64,000 nt of DNA from the human T2T-CHM13v2.0 reference genome, Homo sapiens. The translations under genes and the position numbers were made by a program. Location of the stretch: NCBI GenBank assembly GCA_009914755.4, contig CP086569.2, positions 19,904,001-19,968,000 on the forward strand. The letters are read 5' to 3'. Below the pieces are notes generated by a model that had not been told where the DNA came from, searched no databases, and saw only the letters and a list, made by a program, of their open reading frames with translations. This document shows, piece by piece, positions 18,137-33,789 of this stretch; the stretch's first letter is position 1; each line of letters opens with the position of its first letter.

Positions 18137-21123
18137 CAGAAAAATTTTAATTATAAAATAAAATAGTTCAAAATACTACACAAGTGTAGGTATGCCTAGA
18201 AAGTTATTACAAGGCAAATACTCTCTAAACAACCGCAAGGTCCCCTAGGAGACCCTCCAGTGTTCCAACCTGAACACAGTCCCCTCTTCTTTCCCAAGAT
18301 GGATCACTTCCACCTCCTTGATTTGCATAAGAGTTTATGCCCAAATGGACACCTTCAGACACTAGAGCTGAGTTCTGCCCATCCTCGCTATCTTCAAAGT
18401 CATGTTTAATCTATAGGTCCCCTTCACCTCTACCTCTGATTCGCCTGCTGAAAGGCCTTCATTTGGTTGTCTGCATACTTGTGGTCCAGGGTGACTGGCT
18501 CTTACATCCACCTGGAGCCCAGCCTATGCTCCAGCTGGCCCTCAGCAACACAGCAATGCTGCCACCCAGAGGCACTAGGTCCAGGTTCTCCTCTGCTGTT
18601 GTGGTGGCCACTCATGCTCAGCACCCAGACAGACACTATATCACTAAAGGATGGAAAGGGAGATGACCTGTCCTCCTTTTTACTTTCAGCTGGAACAGAA
18701 GCAAACAGGTCACCTTCTACCCTTTTGGGCTGGGTGTGGTCACACAGTAGAACAGCTCCTGCAGGAAAGGGTGGCTCCCTGTTCCTCTTCACCCACATTT
18801 TAAGACAATGAACTGGCACTGCCAACCCCAGATGGTGACCAGTGGGGTGAGCTCCAGTATTTCATGAGTTTCAATACAATGTGATTAATAATAATACCAA
18901 CTGTTATTACTATGGGATAATATAATTAGAATGTTAAATATTATAATGTAATAACAACAATTATTATTATTACAGAATCTCATATTGTCCCATGATTGGC
19001 CAATGGGAATCATTTCATGTGGTGCTTTAGCACTGGCAACATGAACCTAGTAGACTTTGGTGATTTCACTGCAATCTGATATTGTAAGATGCTCATTGCT
19101 ACTGTACTGGACATTGTTTCGAGGTATTTTCAGTAGACAGAGCAAGAAGAGAGCGAGGGGGAGAGAGAACTAACAAACATAAGTTAACTCGTGAGTTCCT
19201 ACTGACATTGCCAATTCCAAGTCAATACACAGGATGTTTTATTTAGCCTCTTCTATCCTACAGCTGCATGTCCTTTCTTTCATATTGAGAATCCTGATTT
19301 TCAAGAACTCGGGGGAAGACAGAATTAGATTTCTAACAGGCTCTGTGGCTGTGGGTGGTGTGTTTGGATCTGCCAGCATTTTGAGCTTTGTAGAGCAAAG
19401 TGATAATTTCATTTTATAGTAAATGCTGTCTAGGGGTTCTTGGCTCTAACTAGTTGCTTAGTCTCTCCTCTTAGATATACATGTTAATTTAAAAATCAAC
19501 AATCTTATTGAGATCTAATGGCCACACAATAATCCTCATGCTTAACATATAAAATCTGATGTGTTATGGCGCATGTGCACATCTGTGAAACCACCATTAA
19601 CATCATGACATCTCCATAATCATGAAGGTATATACACGCCCTCTTCTGCTGACTGCAGGTGTGTAGCAATCTGCTTTATGTTGCCAGCTCTGTTGCTGTT
19701 GTTGCAAGGATTTGGGAACGTATGACAACTGTTGCACAACCATCTCCAAGGATTTGAGAACTGCATATGACTTAATAGACAGAAACTGAACTGTACCTTC
19801 TAGTGGGACATATCCTAAGGGAAAAAAAATTACAAATTTTAAATAACCTTCCATTACCATAACATTCATGTTCACGTTAGTGCTGTAATACGGAAACACA
19901 TATACACATATGCAAGCATGAGCTGCCATCACTTTGCACAGTTAACATGGGAACATAAACATGACCATTTAAGCTAAATCCATGCAGTGTAATCTTAATA
20001 ATTAAAGGGAAAATGGCAGTCATTTCATGGCTATTAAAAACTTGTCAGAAGACTGAAACTTTCTTCCTGTCAATTATAAATGTATGTAGAGACAAAAAGA
20101 ATACAACTAGTGTTCACTGAGTACACTGTAATTTAAACAGTGGAAACACTGAAAGTAAGTGTCTTCTTTCTTAAAATCTTACAGAAGTTTGAACACAACT
20201 TGCCTCCTCCTCATCACACAATTTATGATACAAAGAGAGCATCTTCTCAAGGCTTGGGCACTGCCATGTGGCCATGGAAACTTGAGATGAGCTTACATTG
20301 TGCACTGTAGAGGCTTTCAGTGTCATGAAACACACCTGAGAATTCCTTTAATGTGAAATTTTTTGTTGGCATCACTTCCTTCAGGACAGCTTAATCTTTT
20401 TCAGCACAATGATTTTCCCCATTTATGTCAGTAAGTTCAACTTCACTCAATTCCTCTGGTTTGACAGCGGCCTGAAGGGCAGCGGTGTGAACAATCCATT
20501 CACTTTCCCCCAGCTTCCTTCAAAGCCATGATTGCACCTTGCATTCCAGCCTGAGTGACAGAGTGAGACCCTGTCTCACACACACACATACATGAAAAAG
20601 GTGAAAGGGTAATAAGAATATACACTGTCTTAACATAAATCTAAGAAAGTAGGAAGGACTATATTAATATTAGAACAAACAGACTTCAGAACAAAAAAAA
20701 AATTAGCACAGACAAGAAATTTACAGAAAAATAAAAAGGTATGGTAATCCTAAATGTGTACACACCAAACAAAAAAAAATCTAAAAAAACTTGTGTAGCA
20801 CAAACTGATTGAACTGAAAAGAAAATCAGGTAAATTAACATTTACACTTAAAGGCTTCAATATCCTTCTCTTGACAATTAATAGAACAATGAGAGAGAAA
20901 GCAAGGATATAAAATACAGCAAGGATACAAAATCATCAACCAACAGGATCTAATAATCATTTAAATTTTTTTTCACTCAAACAACAGAAAGCACATTCTT
21001 TTCCAGAGCCAGAACACTCCCCCAAAAGAAGTCTCCAGGGCCAAATGTTATCACTGAGAATGTTAGCAATTATACGACACCAAGTGCACAGAGTCTCCTT
21101 CAGGAAATAAAAGAAAAGAGAGG

Positions 21124-21432
21124 GGCCAGGTGAGGTAGGTCATGCTTGTAATCACAGCACTCTTGAGAGGCGAAGTTGAGAGAATCACTCGAGCTAAACA
21201 GTTTGAGAACAGCCTGAGCAATATTGATAGGCCCTGTCTCTACAAAACAGTAAAACAATTGGCTGAGCCCAGTGGTGCACACCTGCAGTCCTAGCTACTC
21301 AAGAGGCTGAGGCGGGAGGATCACTTGAGCCCAGAAGTTCAAGGCTATGGTGAGCTATCATAGCTATCACTGCATCACTATACTTCAGCCTAGGGGACAG
21401 AACAAGACCCTGTCTCTTTAAAAAAAAAAAAA
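21124..21432 (+). mobile_element. Alu SINE inside L1M
   Basis: Sequence ggccaggtgaggtaggtcatgcttgtaatcacagcac... A-tail. Confidence 0.9.
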
Positions 21433-22984
21433 GGAGAGAAGGAAAAGAGAATAATTCCTAATCCATTTTATGAAGCCACTATTTTTTTTTTAATGGAATA
21501 CTTCACAAATTTGCATTTTATTCTTGTGCAGGGGCCATGTTAATCTTTGTATCATTCCAATATTTAGTATATATGCTGCTGAAGTGAGCACTGTGAGGCT
21601 ACTATTATCCTCATACCAAAACAAGGGGAAAACAGTACCAGAAAACTACATACATACATCCATAATAAACAGACACAGAAACACAACAGAATATTAATGT
21701 ACATAATAATGCAAAAATACATAAGAAGAACTATAAATCATGGCCAAGTATGATGTATTCCAGGGGTGCAAGGCTGGGCCATTATTTAAAAATTAATCAA
21801 TGTAATCTATCATATGAATAGACTTTAGAAGAAAAATCACATCATATAAAATTGAATTTTTAAAAATATTTGACAAAATGCAGAAGATATGTCAACAACT
21901 TTCAGAAAGTGTTGCTATTTGTACATAACATGATTTTGTGTATATTTATGTATATATATACACATATATAATTCAAAGAATTCATAAGGTTGCAGATATA
22001 AGATAAAAATTAACTATATTTCCATATGTAAGCAATGAATACATGGACACCAAAGTTAGAAATATGCATACCATTTGCAATTGCTTTAAAAAATGAAAAA
22101 CTGAAATGTAAATTTAATAATATACTCATAGGATTTACATGTGGAAATCTACAAAATGTTGATGAAAGTTATTGAGAGATCTAAACAAATGGAAAGATAT
22201 AACATGAACTAGACGATTTAAAATAAAGACGTCAATTCCACTCAAAGTGACAAACAGGTTTAACTTAATGACTATCATAGTCCCAGGAAATTTTTTTAAA
22301 AAGATATGGGTAAGATTATGCATAGATAGGCAAAGTTGTTTGGAACAGCTAAAACAATGGGGGGGAAAATGAATAAAAAATGGGAGAAATTAGCCCATCA
22401 GATTTTAAGTCTAGTCAGATAGCTACAGTAATCAAGATAGTTTGATACGGGAGAAGGAACAGAAACACGGATCAGTGGAATAAAATGGAGAACCTAGAGA
22501 GAGTCCCCCCAACATAAAAATATGACAGCTAATTTTGATGCATGCACAAAAGCAATTTATGGAGAACAGAGTCTTTGCAATAAATGATGCTAGAGCATTT
22601 GGATATACATAGCCAAACAACCACAAAGCCTTGACCTAAACCTTACATCTTGTACAATAATTACCTTGAAACACATCACAGATCTCACTGTACAACTTTT
22701 AGGAAAAGAACACAGAAGAAATACTCAGGGCGTAGGGCTTGATGAATTCCTAGACAGGACATCAAAGGCATAACCCATAAAAGAAAAAAAAAATAGATCA
22801 GTTGCACTTTAACAAAATTAAATACATTGAATATGTAAAGATCTTTGCAGAAGATGAGAACATGCTGAACATCATTAGCCATGAGGGAAATGCAAATATA
22901 GACCATGATGAAGTATCACTACACACATGGGCCAGATGTGGCAAAAGTAGAGTCTTATGAACTGTTGGTGGGAGTGTAAAGTAA

Positions 22985-23340
<356 letters not shown>

Positions 23341-24499
23341 TAATTACCATAAAACCCAGCAACCTCACTCCTGGACATTTGTCACAGAAAAATAAAAACA
23401 TTTGTCCACAAAGAAGTTGTACATAATTGTTCAAAGCAGTTTTATTTACAACAAAAATCCGTATACAACAAAAAGCTTCAACCAACAATGGTGAATGGTT
23501 AAAAAATATTATGGTGCATACATCCATGAAATCCTAGTTAGCTGTAAAAAAGGAATGAAATATTGACATACACAATAATCTGGATGGATCTCAAGAGTGT
23601 TGTGCTAAGTAAAAAGTGTCTCCAAAGGTCATGAATGGTTTATTTCATTTACACAGAATTTCAGAAATGACAAATTTATTGAAATGGAGAACTAATTTAT
23701 GGTTGCCCTGGGTGAGGACACCACTGGGCTGGAAGCAGAGGGATGGCTGAGCCCACGAGGTTAGTGTGAGGGAGATCCTCACAGTAGTGCAACAGTTCTG
23801 CACTTTGACTGCGTTGATGGTGATAGGAACCCATATTTAAGATGAAATAACACAGCCCCATGTGCACACACTGTACCAGTGTCAATATCCTGATCTGATA
23901 TTCTACTACAGATAAGCTGTCAACCACTGGGGGAATCTAGGTGAAGGGGAAACACAGGATCGCCCTGTACTATCTTTGCAACTTACAAGGAGTCAAATAG
24001 TTATTTCAATATAAAAGTTATTTTTTAAAAAAGGTGTTGTTCACTCTAGGAATAAGTTTTGAATAACAAATTAAAAGCTCTCAATTTAGGTCGATGATAC
24101 AACTGCAATCTATCTTTTCTCTTAAAATGTATCTATATAACTTTGCTATACTAGTATAAAAATATTCATATTTCACAAATAAATTGCTTTTCATAACAGC
24201 CCTTCCCAAACATGAACAGTCTTAAATTTTGGAAATGGACAAAATTTCAGCAGTGCTAATATACTACGATGGTATTGAAGCAACAATCAGATTTAAATAA
24301 TACGTAGATTTTTAAAAATATTTTTAAATAAAAAAGACCTATCAAGTTTATACATATATAGACTTTCAAATATACTTTCAAACCTTCAGTTTTAATTCTA
24401 TTTTTAGGAAACAGTTATGTAACAACATAGGAAAATGGTAGCATCAATTAGACTGAACACAATATGCTCATTAGCAAACAATCTTTCATGTATGACTTG

Positions 24500-26545
24500 A
24501 GAAAGTCTAGAAAGATTCAGAAGCAAACCATGTAAAGCTGTACAGCAGAGCCAAGGTGAAAACAAGAAACCAGGAAAGAAAGCAAAACTTCAAATACATG
24601 AATCAAAAACAGACAGAATTGAAGGAAAAAATAGATATTGCAACAGAAATATTGACAAAATTCAACACCACACTTTCAATAATTGTAGGACAACTAGATA
24701 GAAGATATATAAGGAAAAAGAAGATTTAAACAATGCTGCAGACCAACTAGTAGAGAAATCTATAGAGCATTCCACTCAACAGGAGCAGAATATAGATTTT
24801 GCTCAAGTGCATACAGAACATTCACAAGGATATCCAATGTGTTAGGACATTAAACAAAGTTGAATACATTTAAACAGACAGAAATAATATAAAGTGGCCA
24901 GGCGCTGTGGCTCATGCCTGTAATCCCAAACTTTAGAGGCTGAGGTGGCCGATAGCCTAAGGTTGGGAGTTCGAGACCAGCCTGGTCAGCATGGTGAAAC
25001 CCTGTCTCTACTAAAAATGCAAAAACTAGCTGGGCATGATGGCAGGCACCTGTAATCTCAGCTACTTGGGAAGCTTAGGCAGGAGAATTGCTTGAACCCA
25101 GGAGGCAGAGGTTGCAGTGAGCCAAGATCATACCATTGCACTGCAGCCTGGGCAATAGCGTAAGACTCCGTCTCAAAAAAAAAATAAATAATAATAATAA
25201 TAATAATAAAGTATGTACTCCAACTACAATGGAATGGAATTAGAAATCAATAACAAAGAAATTTAGAAAATTTATAAATATGTGGAAATTCATATTCATT
25301 AATAAACTATGAATCAGGCCACATAAGGTGACTCACAGCTCTAATCCCAGGACTTTAGGAGGCTGAGGTAGGAGAATCCCATGAGGCCAGGAGCTTAAGA
25401 CCAGCCTGGGCAATACAGCAAGATGCTGTTTCTACAACAAAATTTAAAAGTTATTCAGGTGTGTTATGTGTGCCAGTATTCCTAGCTATTTGAGAGGCTG
25501 AAGCAGGAGGAATGCTTGACCTCAAGAGTTCAAGGTTATAGTGATCATCATAGTGAACTATAATCATGCCACTGTACTCCAGACTGGGTAACAGAGCAAG
25601 AACCTGTCTCCATTTAAATAAATAAATTAATAAGGAACGAAGCAAATAAGAAATCACAAGGGAAATCAGCAAATTATTTTGAAATGTATGAAAACAATTA
25701 GAAAATACCAAACATCATGAAATACAGAAAGACAGTGCTTAGATGAAAATTTGTAGTTTTAAGTACCGGTATTGAAAAAGAAGGCCTCGAAATCAATAAT
25801 CTGACCTTCTGCCTTAATAAACTATAAAAAGAAAAGTAAACTGAAAAGAAAGCAAGTGGAAGGAAACAATACAAATAGAAACCAATAAATCTAATAAAGA
25901 ACAGAAAAACAATTGAGAAAAATCATTAAAACCAAAAGTTGGTTATTTTAAAAGATCAACAAAATTAAGAAACCTTTAGCTAGTGACCAAGGAAAAAAGA
26001 GAAAAGAGTTCAATTATTAAAATCAGACACAAAAGGGGGTAAGTTACTACCAACATTACAGAAATGAAAAGGACTACAAAGAAATCCTGAAAACAACTGC
26101 ATAGCAACAGTTGAGATAACCTAGATAAAGAGAACAAATTCTGAGAAGGACACAAACTAACAAAATTGACTCATGAAGAGGCAGACAATCTGAATAACTC
26201 TCTAACAAGTAAAGAAACTGAATTAGTAATTTTTTTTAAAAATTAAAGTCCAGTCCTGGATGGTTTCATTGGTGAATTCTACCAAACCCTTAACAAAGAA
26301 CTAATAATAATTCCTCACAAACTCTTCCAAAAAACAGAAACACTTTCTAACTCATTCTACTAAGGCCAATGTTACCCTGACACAAAAACAAACATAACAC
26401 AAGAAAAAGCAAAAGAAAAAAACTATAAGCCAATACATACTTTATGAATAGAGATGCAAAAAGCCTTAACAAAACATTAACAAATCAAATCCAACAACAC
26501 ACAGGATTATATATGCATGATCAAGGGTTATTTATTCTGGCCTCT
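24500..26545 (+). mobile_element. Ancient L1M fragment (EN plus RT part of ORF2) with Alu insertions at 24896-25210 (+) and 25316-25630 (+).
   Basis: GDFNTPLS-like IVGQLDRR, then FY.ASI-like SNSFY, then NYKPI at 26250-26540. The Alus begin ggccaggcgctgtggctcatgcc and aggccacataaggtgactcacagc. Confidence 0.7.
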
Positions 26546-27757
26546 GTATTCAGTTAAAGAGATGAGCCTTTCAATGGACTGGAAGGCCTGCAGAGCTCTC
26601 CCACTCAGCAGTCTGTGCTGTCAAAGCAATGGACTACAAGTGAGTAATTTGCATGTGACAAACTATGAAGGCAGCCTAAATGATTTTACTACACTATTCT
26701 TAAGAAGAGCAGCCGAAATATTTGAAAAGAAGAGCACATTATACTCCAATACTGGCAAACGATGGCTTCAAAATACAAGCATTAACACTCAAAAAATAAG
26801 TATCACCAATTGCAAAGAGAATTAATAAGAAGTCTTCCAGAAGGAAAAGCAATTAGGATGATAATCAGTTAAGGTAACACCAGCTATGGTAAATGACTAA
26901 TCTTGCAAACTAAAGTGCTTAACAGTAGGAGTTTATTTCTCTTTCAAATACAGTTCATTTGGTAATGGAAGGGGAGGGGTTCTGTTCCACACATTTATTC
27001 AGGAAGCCAGACTCATGGAAGCTTTGCCATCTTTAACAAGCAGTTTCCAAGACTCTGCTAGTCGTGGTCACCTACCCAACAATGGGGAAGAGAAAAGCAG
27101 GTACCTGCAAAAGAGGTTAGGTGCAAGGCTAGATGTGATATACCAGACTTTTGGCTCCACTTTCTGCCACATTTCAGTGACATGGTCCCACCTAACAGCA
27201 TGAAAGGAAGTCTACCTGTGCTTGCAAGAGGAAAGGGAAATGAGTTGGAAAACTAGCCAGCCAGTCCCTGCCACAGTTAGGAAAATAAAAACTCGCATGA
27301 AACACAATAATAAAGTAAATGTATCAAGTAGACAGAGGTCACTAGATTACCAGGTAGAGCTGAACTCCTGTTACAATGTTAATAACCATAACTACAACTG
27401 AAAGAAAACATTTTTCTTCTTTCTTATGACTAAAAATGTTCCTTTTAAAAGTATGTTGTTTATAAACAAAAACTAAATCAGTAACTCTGAAATCTAACTT
27501 ATTTTTGTAGGGTTTTCATACTAAAAATAATAAGATACATGCTTAGTTTCTAATAAAAATAATAACATGCTTAGATTCCTATAAAACTGCTCGTTTATTT
27601 AATAAAGTCAGAAAGGCAGGGCAGAAAGAATCTCTGGATATTACCTGATATACTTCCTTCATTTCAGAGAAGATGAAAACGTGCGCCTATTTGGCAAGGT
27701 CATACACCCGGAAATTGACCAAAGTGACTCGAACTCAGGTTTCCTGATTTCCGACAG

Positions 27758-28715
27758 TTTTTCTTTTTTTTTAATTTTTAACTTTTTCATGTCACTTACT
27801 ATTTATTTTTATTATACTTTAAGTTCTGGGATCCATGTGCAGATGTGCAGGTTCATTACACAGGTATACACATGACATGGTGGTTTGCTGCACCCATCAA
27901 CTGGTCATCTACATTAGGTATTTCTTCTAAAGCTATCCCCTCCATAGCCCCCCACCGCCCAACATTCCCAGTGTGTGATGTTCCCCATGCGGTGTTTGGT
28001 TTTCTATTCCTCTGTTACTCTGCTGAGAATGATGGCTTCCAGCTTCATCTATGTCCCTGCAGAGGACATGAACTCATCCTTTTTTATGTCTGCATAGTAT
28101 TCCATAGTGTATATGTACCACATTTTCTTTCCCTAGTCTATCACTGACAGGCATGTGAGTTGGTTCCATGTCTTTGCTATTGTGAATAATGTTGCTATAA
28201 ACATACGTATGCATGTGCCTTTATAACAGAATAATTTATAATCCCTTGAGTATATACCCAATAATGGGACCACTGGGTCAAATGGTGTTTCTGGTTATAG
28301 ATTCTTGAGGAATAGCCACACTGTCTTTCACAATGGTTGAACTAATTTACACTCCCACCAACAGTGGAAAAGTGTTCCCATTTCTCCACATCCTCTCCAG
28401 CATCTGTTGTTTTCTGACTTTTTAATGATCACCATTCTAACTGGCGTGAGATGGTATCTCATTGTGGTTTTGATTTGCAGTTTTCTCTAACGACCAGTGA
28501 TGAAGAGTTTTTTGTCATGTTTGTTGTCTGCATAAATGTCATCTTTTGTGACGTGTCCGTTCATACCATTCACCCACTTTTGGATGGGTTTGTTTCTTGT
28601 AAATTTGTTTAAGTTGTTGGTAGCTTCTGGATATTAACCCTTTGTCAGATGGATAGATTGAAAAAAATGTTTTCTCCCATTCTGTAGGTTGTCTGTTCAC
28701 TCTTATGATAGAACA
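27758..28715 (-). mobile_element. L1PA-family 3' fragment (ORF2 C-terminus plus 3' UTR), 5'-truncated
   Basis: Antisense L1 3' UTR tttattatactttaagttctgggatccatgtgcag... and the antisense ORF2 end ...gtaaatttgtttaagttgttggtagcttctggatattaaccctttgtcagatgg. Confidence 0.9.
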
Positions 28716-28867
28716 AAATTAACTTGGCCACAGTAGGCTTCTATCCAATTACCTCTTTTTTATCTTTGTGTTTTGAAAGTTCAGGCCATATAAATAGGAA
28801 CTTTTCTGTAAAGTCCACCTCTACTCAGTAGGCAAAACTATCTGTTCATACATACCGCTAAACATTT

Positions 28868-29163
28868 ATTTTTTTTTCTTTGTTTTTGAGATGGAGTCTC
28901 ACTCTGTCACCCAGGCTGTAGTGCAGTGGCGTGATCTGGGCTCACTGCAACCTCTGCCTCCAAGTTCAAATGACTCTCCCGTGTCAGCCTCCTGAGTATC
29001 TGGGATTACACGCATGCGTCATCCAGCTAATTTTTTCATTGTTAGTAAAGATGGGGTTTCCCCATATTGGCCAGGCTGGACTCAAACTCTTAACTTCAGG
29101 TGATCTGCCTGCCTCAGCCTCCTAAACTGTTGGGATTACAGGCATGAAATATGATGCCCGGCC
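28868..29163 (-). mobile_element. Alu SINE
   Basis: Poly-T then gagatggagtctcactctgtcacccaggctgtagtgcagtggcgtgatc... Confidence 0.95.
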
Positions 29164-30023
29164 ACCCCTAAACATTTCTTTACATGAGTCAATACTCACA
29201 CAATTAGGATTATTACTGTCAATGTATGTACTTTCACCAGTAAATAGAATATGAACTCTTTGAAGGTTGCTGCCTTTTGTATCCTGAGCAAAAATTAGTG
29301 CCTGGTACATACATAATTATTTGCTGAATTGACGAATAAAACTGCAAATGCAAAATAGCAATCAAATTTTAATAACAATCATTTAATTAGATATCATTAT
29401 GAATCTGAATGAAAACACACATCGGATACATAGGTCCTGATAGGATTATTTTTAAGCAAATATATCACACAGCAGATGCATTTTTAAATATCAACAATTA
29501 AACATGATTTAGATATTAATGAATTCAATATATTATCAAATAAAATTTTTATAGGATCATTTCTACTTTTATCTTTTAGAATGAAAATTAAACTACTAGA
29601 TTATCATCCCCGTAACTGGAGTGCATATATTTTCTTTGTAAAGCAGCTTCATCAAAAAATGAGGACTCTTTTTTCAAAGGTTTCATGCGTCTATTATAGT
29701 CAAAGTAAAATACTCTTTCTACAGAATATTTCTCATTGCTGCATACTAAAAATGTAATAAAAATTGTTTTTGCTTGTGTAGATGGTTGTAAATTTCAATT
29801 TTTGCAATAATAATATATAGATAAGTTTTTTAAAAAGTAAAAATACCAGTTTTTTATGAAGTCCTAAAAAACACCATGTTGGACAGAATTAATTGATTCT
29901 GCAAAGAGTTTTACAAAAGATTTAATTATCTATATGCAGGTCTATAAATTAACACAATTCCATTCCAAAGAAGAAATAGCTATAGAAACAACTAAAATAA
30001 TGTTACAATTAAAATTTTGCAGC

Positions 30024-30309
30024 AAGACATGATAGCTCATGCACTTTGGGAGACCAAGGCGGGTGGATCACCTGAGGTCAGGAGTTCTAGACCAGCCTGG
30101 CCAACATGGTGAAACACTGTCTCTACTAAAAAGACAAAAATTAGCCAGATGTGGTGGCACAGGGCAGTAATCCCAGCTACTTGGGGGGCTGAAGCAGGAG
30201 AATCACTTGAACCCGGAAGGGAGAAGTTGCAATGAGCCAAGATAACATTGCCCTCTACCCTGGGCAAGAGAGCGAGACTCTGTCTCAAAAAAAAAAAAAA
30301 AAAAAAAAA
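30024..30309 (+). mobile_element. Alu SINE, slightly 5'-truncated, with a long poly-A
   Basis: Sequence ...ctcatgcactttgggagaccaaggcgggtggatcacctgaggtcaggagttc... Confidence 0.9.
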
Positions 30310-30438
30310 TTGTTGAAGTAACTAACACTTATAATTTGTATATAAAAATTGATATTTTAATTCACATTTTAGTTAAAATGCTAAGATTTTTTTACCATTA
30401 GTGAGCATTTAGTGGTGACTTTAAAAGTGTTTCATGTC

Positions 30439-30728
30439 AGCCAGGCATGGTGGCTCATGCTGGTAATCTCAGCACTTTGGAAGGCCAACGTGGGATGATT
30501 ACTTGAGCCCAGGAGTTTGAGACCAGCCCAGGCAACATGGCAAAACTCCACTTCCACAAAATGTTTAAAAAGTAGCCGGGTGCAGTGGTAGGCCCACGGT
30601 CCCCACTACTTGGGAGGCTAAGGGTTGAGGATGGCTTCAGCCAGGGAGGTCAAAGCTGCAGTAAGCCATGTTCATGCCACTGTACTTCAGCCTGGGCAGC
30701 AGAGCAAGACCTTGTCTCAAAAGAAAAA
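30439..30728 (+). mobile_element. Alu SINE
   Basis: Sequence agccaggcatggtggctcatgctggtaatctcagcac... Confidence 0.9.
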
Positions 30729-33174
30729 ATTTCAAGTATGAAAAAATGTTAAATACTGCCATTTATGTGTCCTCTGTTAGTCCTTAACCAATACGTATAA
30801 CATAGCAGGTACTGCATTATAAAAAACAATGTCCTCCCCATTAGACTACATGGCCAAGGAAAGTGACGACAGTGGTCCTCCAATGTCCAACACAGAACAG
30901 AGAACATCATAAACCAAACACGTAATGGACATTAAAGTATAAATCTACAACTGAATAAGCAAGCAAACAAAAAATCCTGCAAATTTAAGGAGATATTCTT
31001 TCATGACACAGAAAAACTGAAAGATATTTACGGCATTTAAAACTTTTACAAGTCACTATTCATACATTTAATCAATATCACTAACAGTTCTATCAGTTGG
31101 GAAAGCTAAATTAGCCTAAAGAAAAAAATATATTTAGAATACTTCACACAATGTCATGAATTATGTATAGTTTTTGAACTTAATAAAGACTTAACTATCC
31201 ATGGTAAATAAATGGATTGTCAGTGAACAAGTAATAAACTCAAATGTTAAAGCTGAAGGAAGCTATGTTGTCAGATAGTGCTGTTTCTTTCTAACGCTAA
31301 GAAAAAAACTAACACTAGAATAAAACTAACAAAAATGTGTAAGATCTCTACACAAAAAAACTATAAAATATTGAGAGAAATAAAACCTAAATAGAATATA
31401 TTGAGTTCAGAAATTAGAATGTACATTACTGAAAGTAGGTCAAATGCTCATAAATTTGTCTATATATCCAAACCCAGTCAAAATCTTAGCTTCTTTTTTT
31501 TTTTTTGGTGGGAATTGACAAGGTACTCCTAATGTATACAAGGAAATGCAAAAGTCTTCTGATGAAATGTGAAGATTAACTCTATAACCTAATAAAACTA
31601 GATTAAAGTAGTCAAGAAAAGATAGGATTACACAAAGACAGATGGCTACACCAATGCAAAACTAGATGTCCAAAAGTAGGTCCACATATATATGGACACT
31701 ATTTATGTAGTCTCCTTATTATCATTAAAGAGATAATCATCCTTTAAATCAATAGTGCTGAAAAAACTGAGTACTGTCAGGGAATGAGGGGAGATGATAC
31801 CTGATCTTGACTTCAATATGAACACAAAACCTATTTAGAATTACAGTTCTAAATGTGAAAGAACACTAAAATGCCTAAAAGAAAAAAATCATCTTTCCTC
31901 ATTGAATTGTCATCGCTCATCAAACATTACAAGAATAGTTTCATAACTTTTTGGTAGTGAAGGATTGCTTAATCAACACCACTATCATCAACAAAAATTT
32001 TCCTAAAAAACTAATCTTGAACGAAAAGATTAATAAAGCAGACTTTACTAAATTTAAGAATTTCTGTTTAACACAGCCTGCAGGAAAGAAGAGGAAGATA
32101 TCTGCAACGCATATATAACTTAACAAAGAACTCCAATCCAGAATGCATAAAGGCCAAAAACTGATGAGAAGAAGGGATATCTTAGAAGAAAAATGCCAAG
32201 AAATTTTGACAGGCTTGTCACAAAAAATAAAGGCATATATGAAAGCATATGAAAAAGTACACAATGTTATTAGACTCTGTAGAAAGATGCATTAAAACCA
32301 CTTCTACATATTTATCATAAATGCTAAGTTTAAAAGGCTGAAAATGCAAATGTTGGCAAAAAAGGCTGAAAATGCAAGTGAAGGCACTGCCTGACTGGAG
32401 TATAACTTAATATATCATTTGGCAAAATCATGTGAAGGGTTTACTAGAGCGGAACTGCATGACCCAAAACACAGCAGCTCCTGCAACAGGTAGATGTGTA
32501 CACCAAGAGATATAGTCAAATATGACACAAAAGTATCATTCATACTAGATAAAACTTAGATGTAACCCAAATATCCATCAACAGTAAAATGGATAAAAGT
32601 CATACGGCATTACAAAATGGGTGGGTAACAACTACACAAAACATGGATGCATTTTCACAAATAGCATGGGGCTAAAAAGGCACCCGCCCAAACACACTCC
32701 TACCTCAGTCAATTTTCTGGGCATTATTGTCAAAATTCAATTAACCATAAATTTCAGACTTTATTTATGGACTCTCCACTGTGAACTCAATGCTAGCTCT
32801 ACAGTCTTGATTACTGTAAATCTGTATTAAATTTTCAAATGAAGTGTGAGTATTCAAAATTTGCCCATCTTTTTCAAAACTGTTTTGGCTATTCTGGGGC
32901 GCTTCAATGTCCATATGAATTTTAGAGGCAGTTTGTCAATTTCTGCAAAGACTTTAACTGGGATTTGAGAATGGTAACACTTAATCTATAGATCAATTTA
33001 GGGTACACGGCCTTTTGAACAACATATAATTTGAACTATGATCATGGACTGTCTTTCCATATACTTTGGTCTCTTTAATATGTTTCAGCAATATTTGGTA
33101 GTTTTTAAAATGCAAATTTTGCACTTATTTTGTTGAAATTTATTCATAATAGTTTTAGAGGCAGATTCCTGTTC

Positions 33175-33430
33175 TTTTACCCAGGTTGGAGTGTAGTAAT
33201 GTGACCATGGCTCAATGCAGCCTTGAACTCCTGGGCCCAAGCAATCCTCCTGCCTCAGCTTCCTGAATAGCTAAGGACAACAGATGTATGCCACTGCATC
33301 TGGCTAATTCTTTAAATTCTTGGCTATGTTGTGCAGGCTGGTCTCAAATTCCTAGCTTTATGTGATCCTCTCACCTTGGCCTCCTAAAGTACCAGAATTA
33401 TAGGTTCACATGAGCTACCATGCTCCGGCC
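33175..33430 (-). mobile_element. Old diverged Alu (AluJ-like)
   Basis: Sequence cccaggttggagtgtagtaatgtgaccatggctcaatgcagcc...cctcagcttcctgaatagc... Confidence 0.75.
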
Positions 33431-33789
33431 TTAAAAGACCATTACTCTTTATGTCCTTATTCTCTCTTATTTTGTACAGAGCACTCATAAACAAACTAGG
33501 TAATTTCAAACAGTAATTGGATACTTTCTGTTGCTTCTTCCTTCACCTCAAGACTAAGGGCATCAGAAGGGCAAAGAGACCTGTATTTTCCTAACACCAC
33601 ATGCGCATGTGCATGCTATGGTGTAGAAACACAGCTGCTTCTCTGACTAGTTACTCATTTGGTATATCTGGACTTTATGAAATTGACACAGGTTTTCTGT
33701 ATCAATATAAATTTATCTGTGATAAAGGTCCAAGGGTGCAACTACTGGGTAGTAGGATAGTTACACAGTTTTCTTTTTTTTTTTAAACT

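Noticed and set aside
18337-18825. Overlapping 107-114-aa ORFs on both strands in unique sequence
   Set aside because: There is no start context, no domain similarity, and both strands open over the same GC-rich patch. This is typical of random ORFs, and no splice signals support an exon.
32333-32385. Short direct duplication aaaaggctgaaaatgcaa(a/g)tg..ggc x2
   Set aside because: It is only two about 26-bp copies, likely replication slippage. It is too small to be meaningful.
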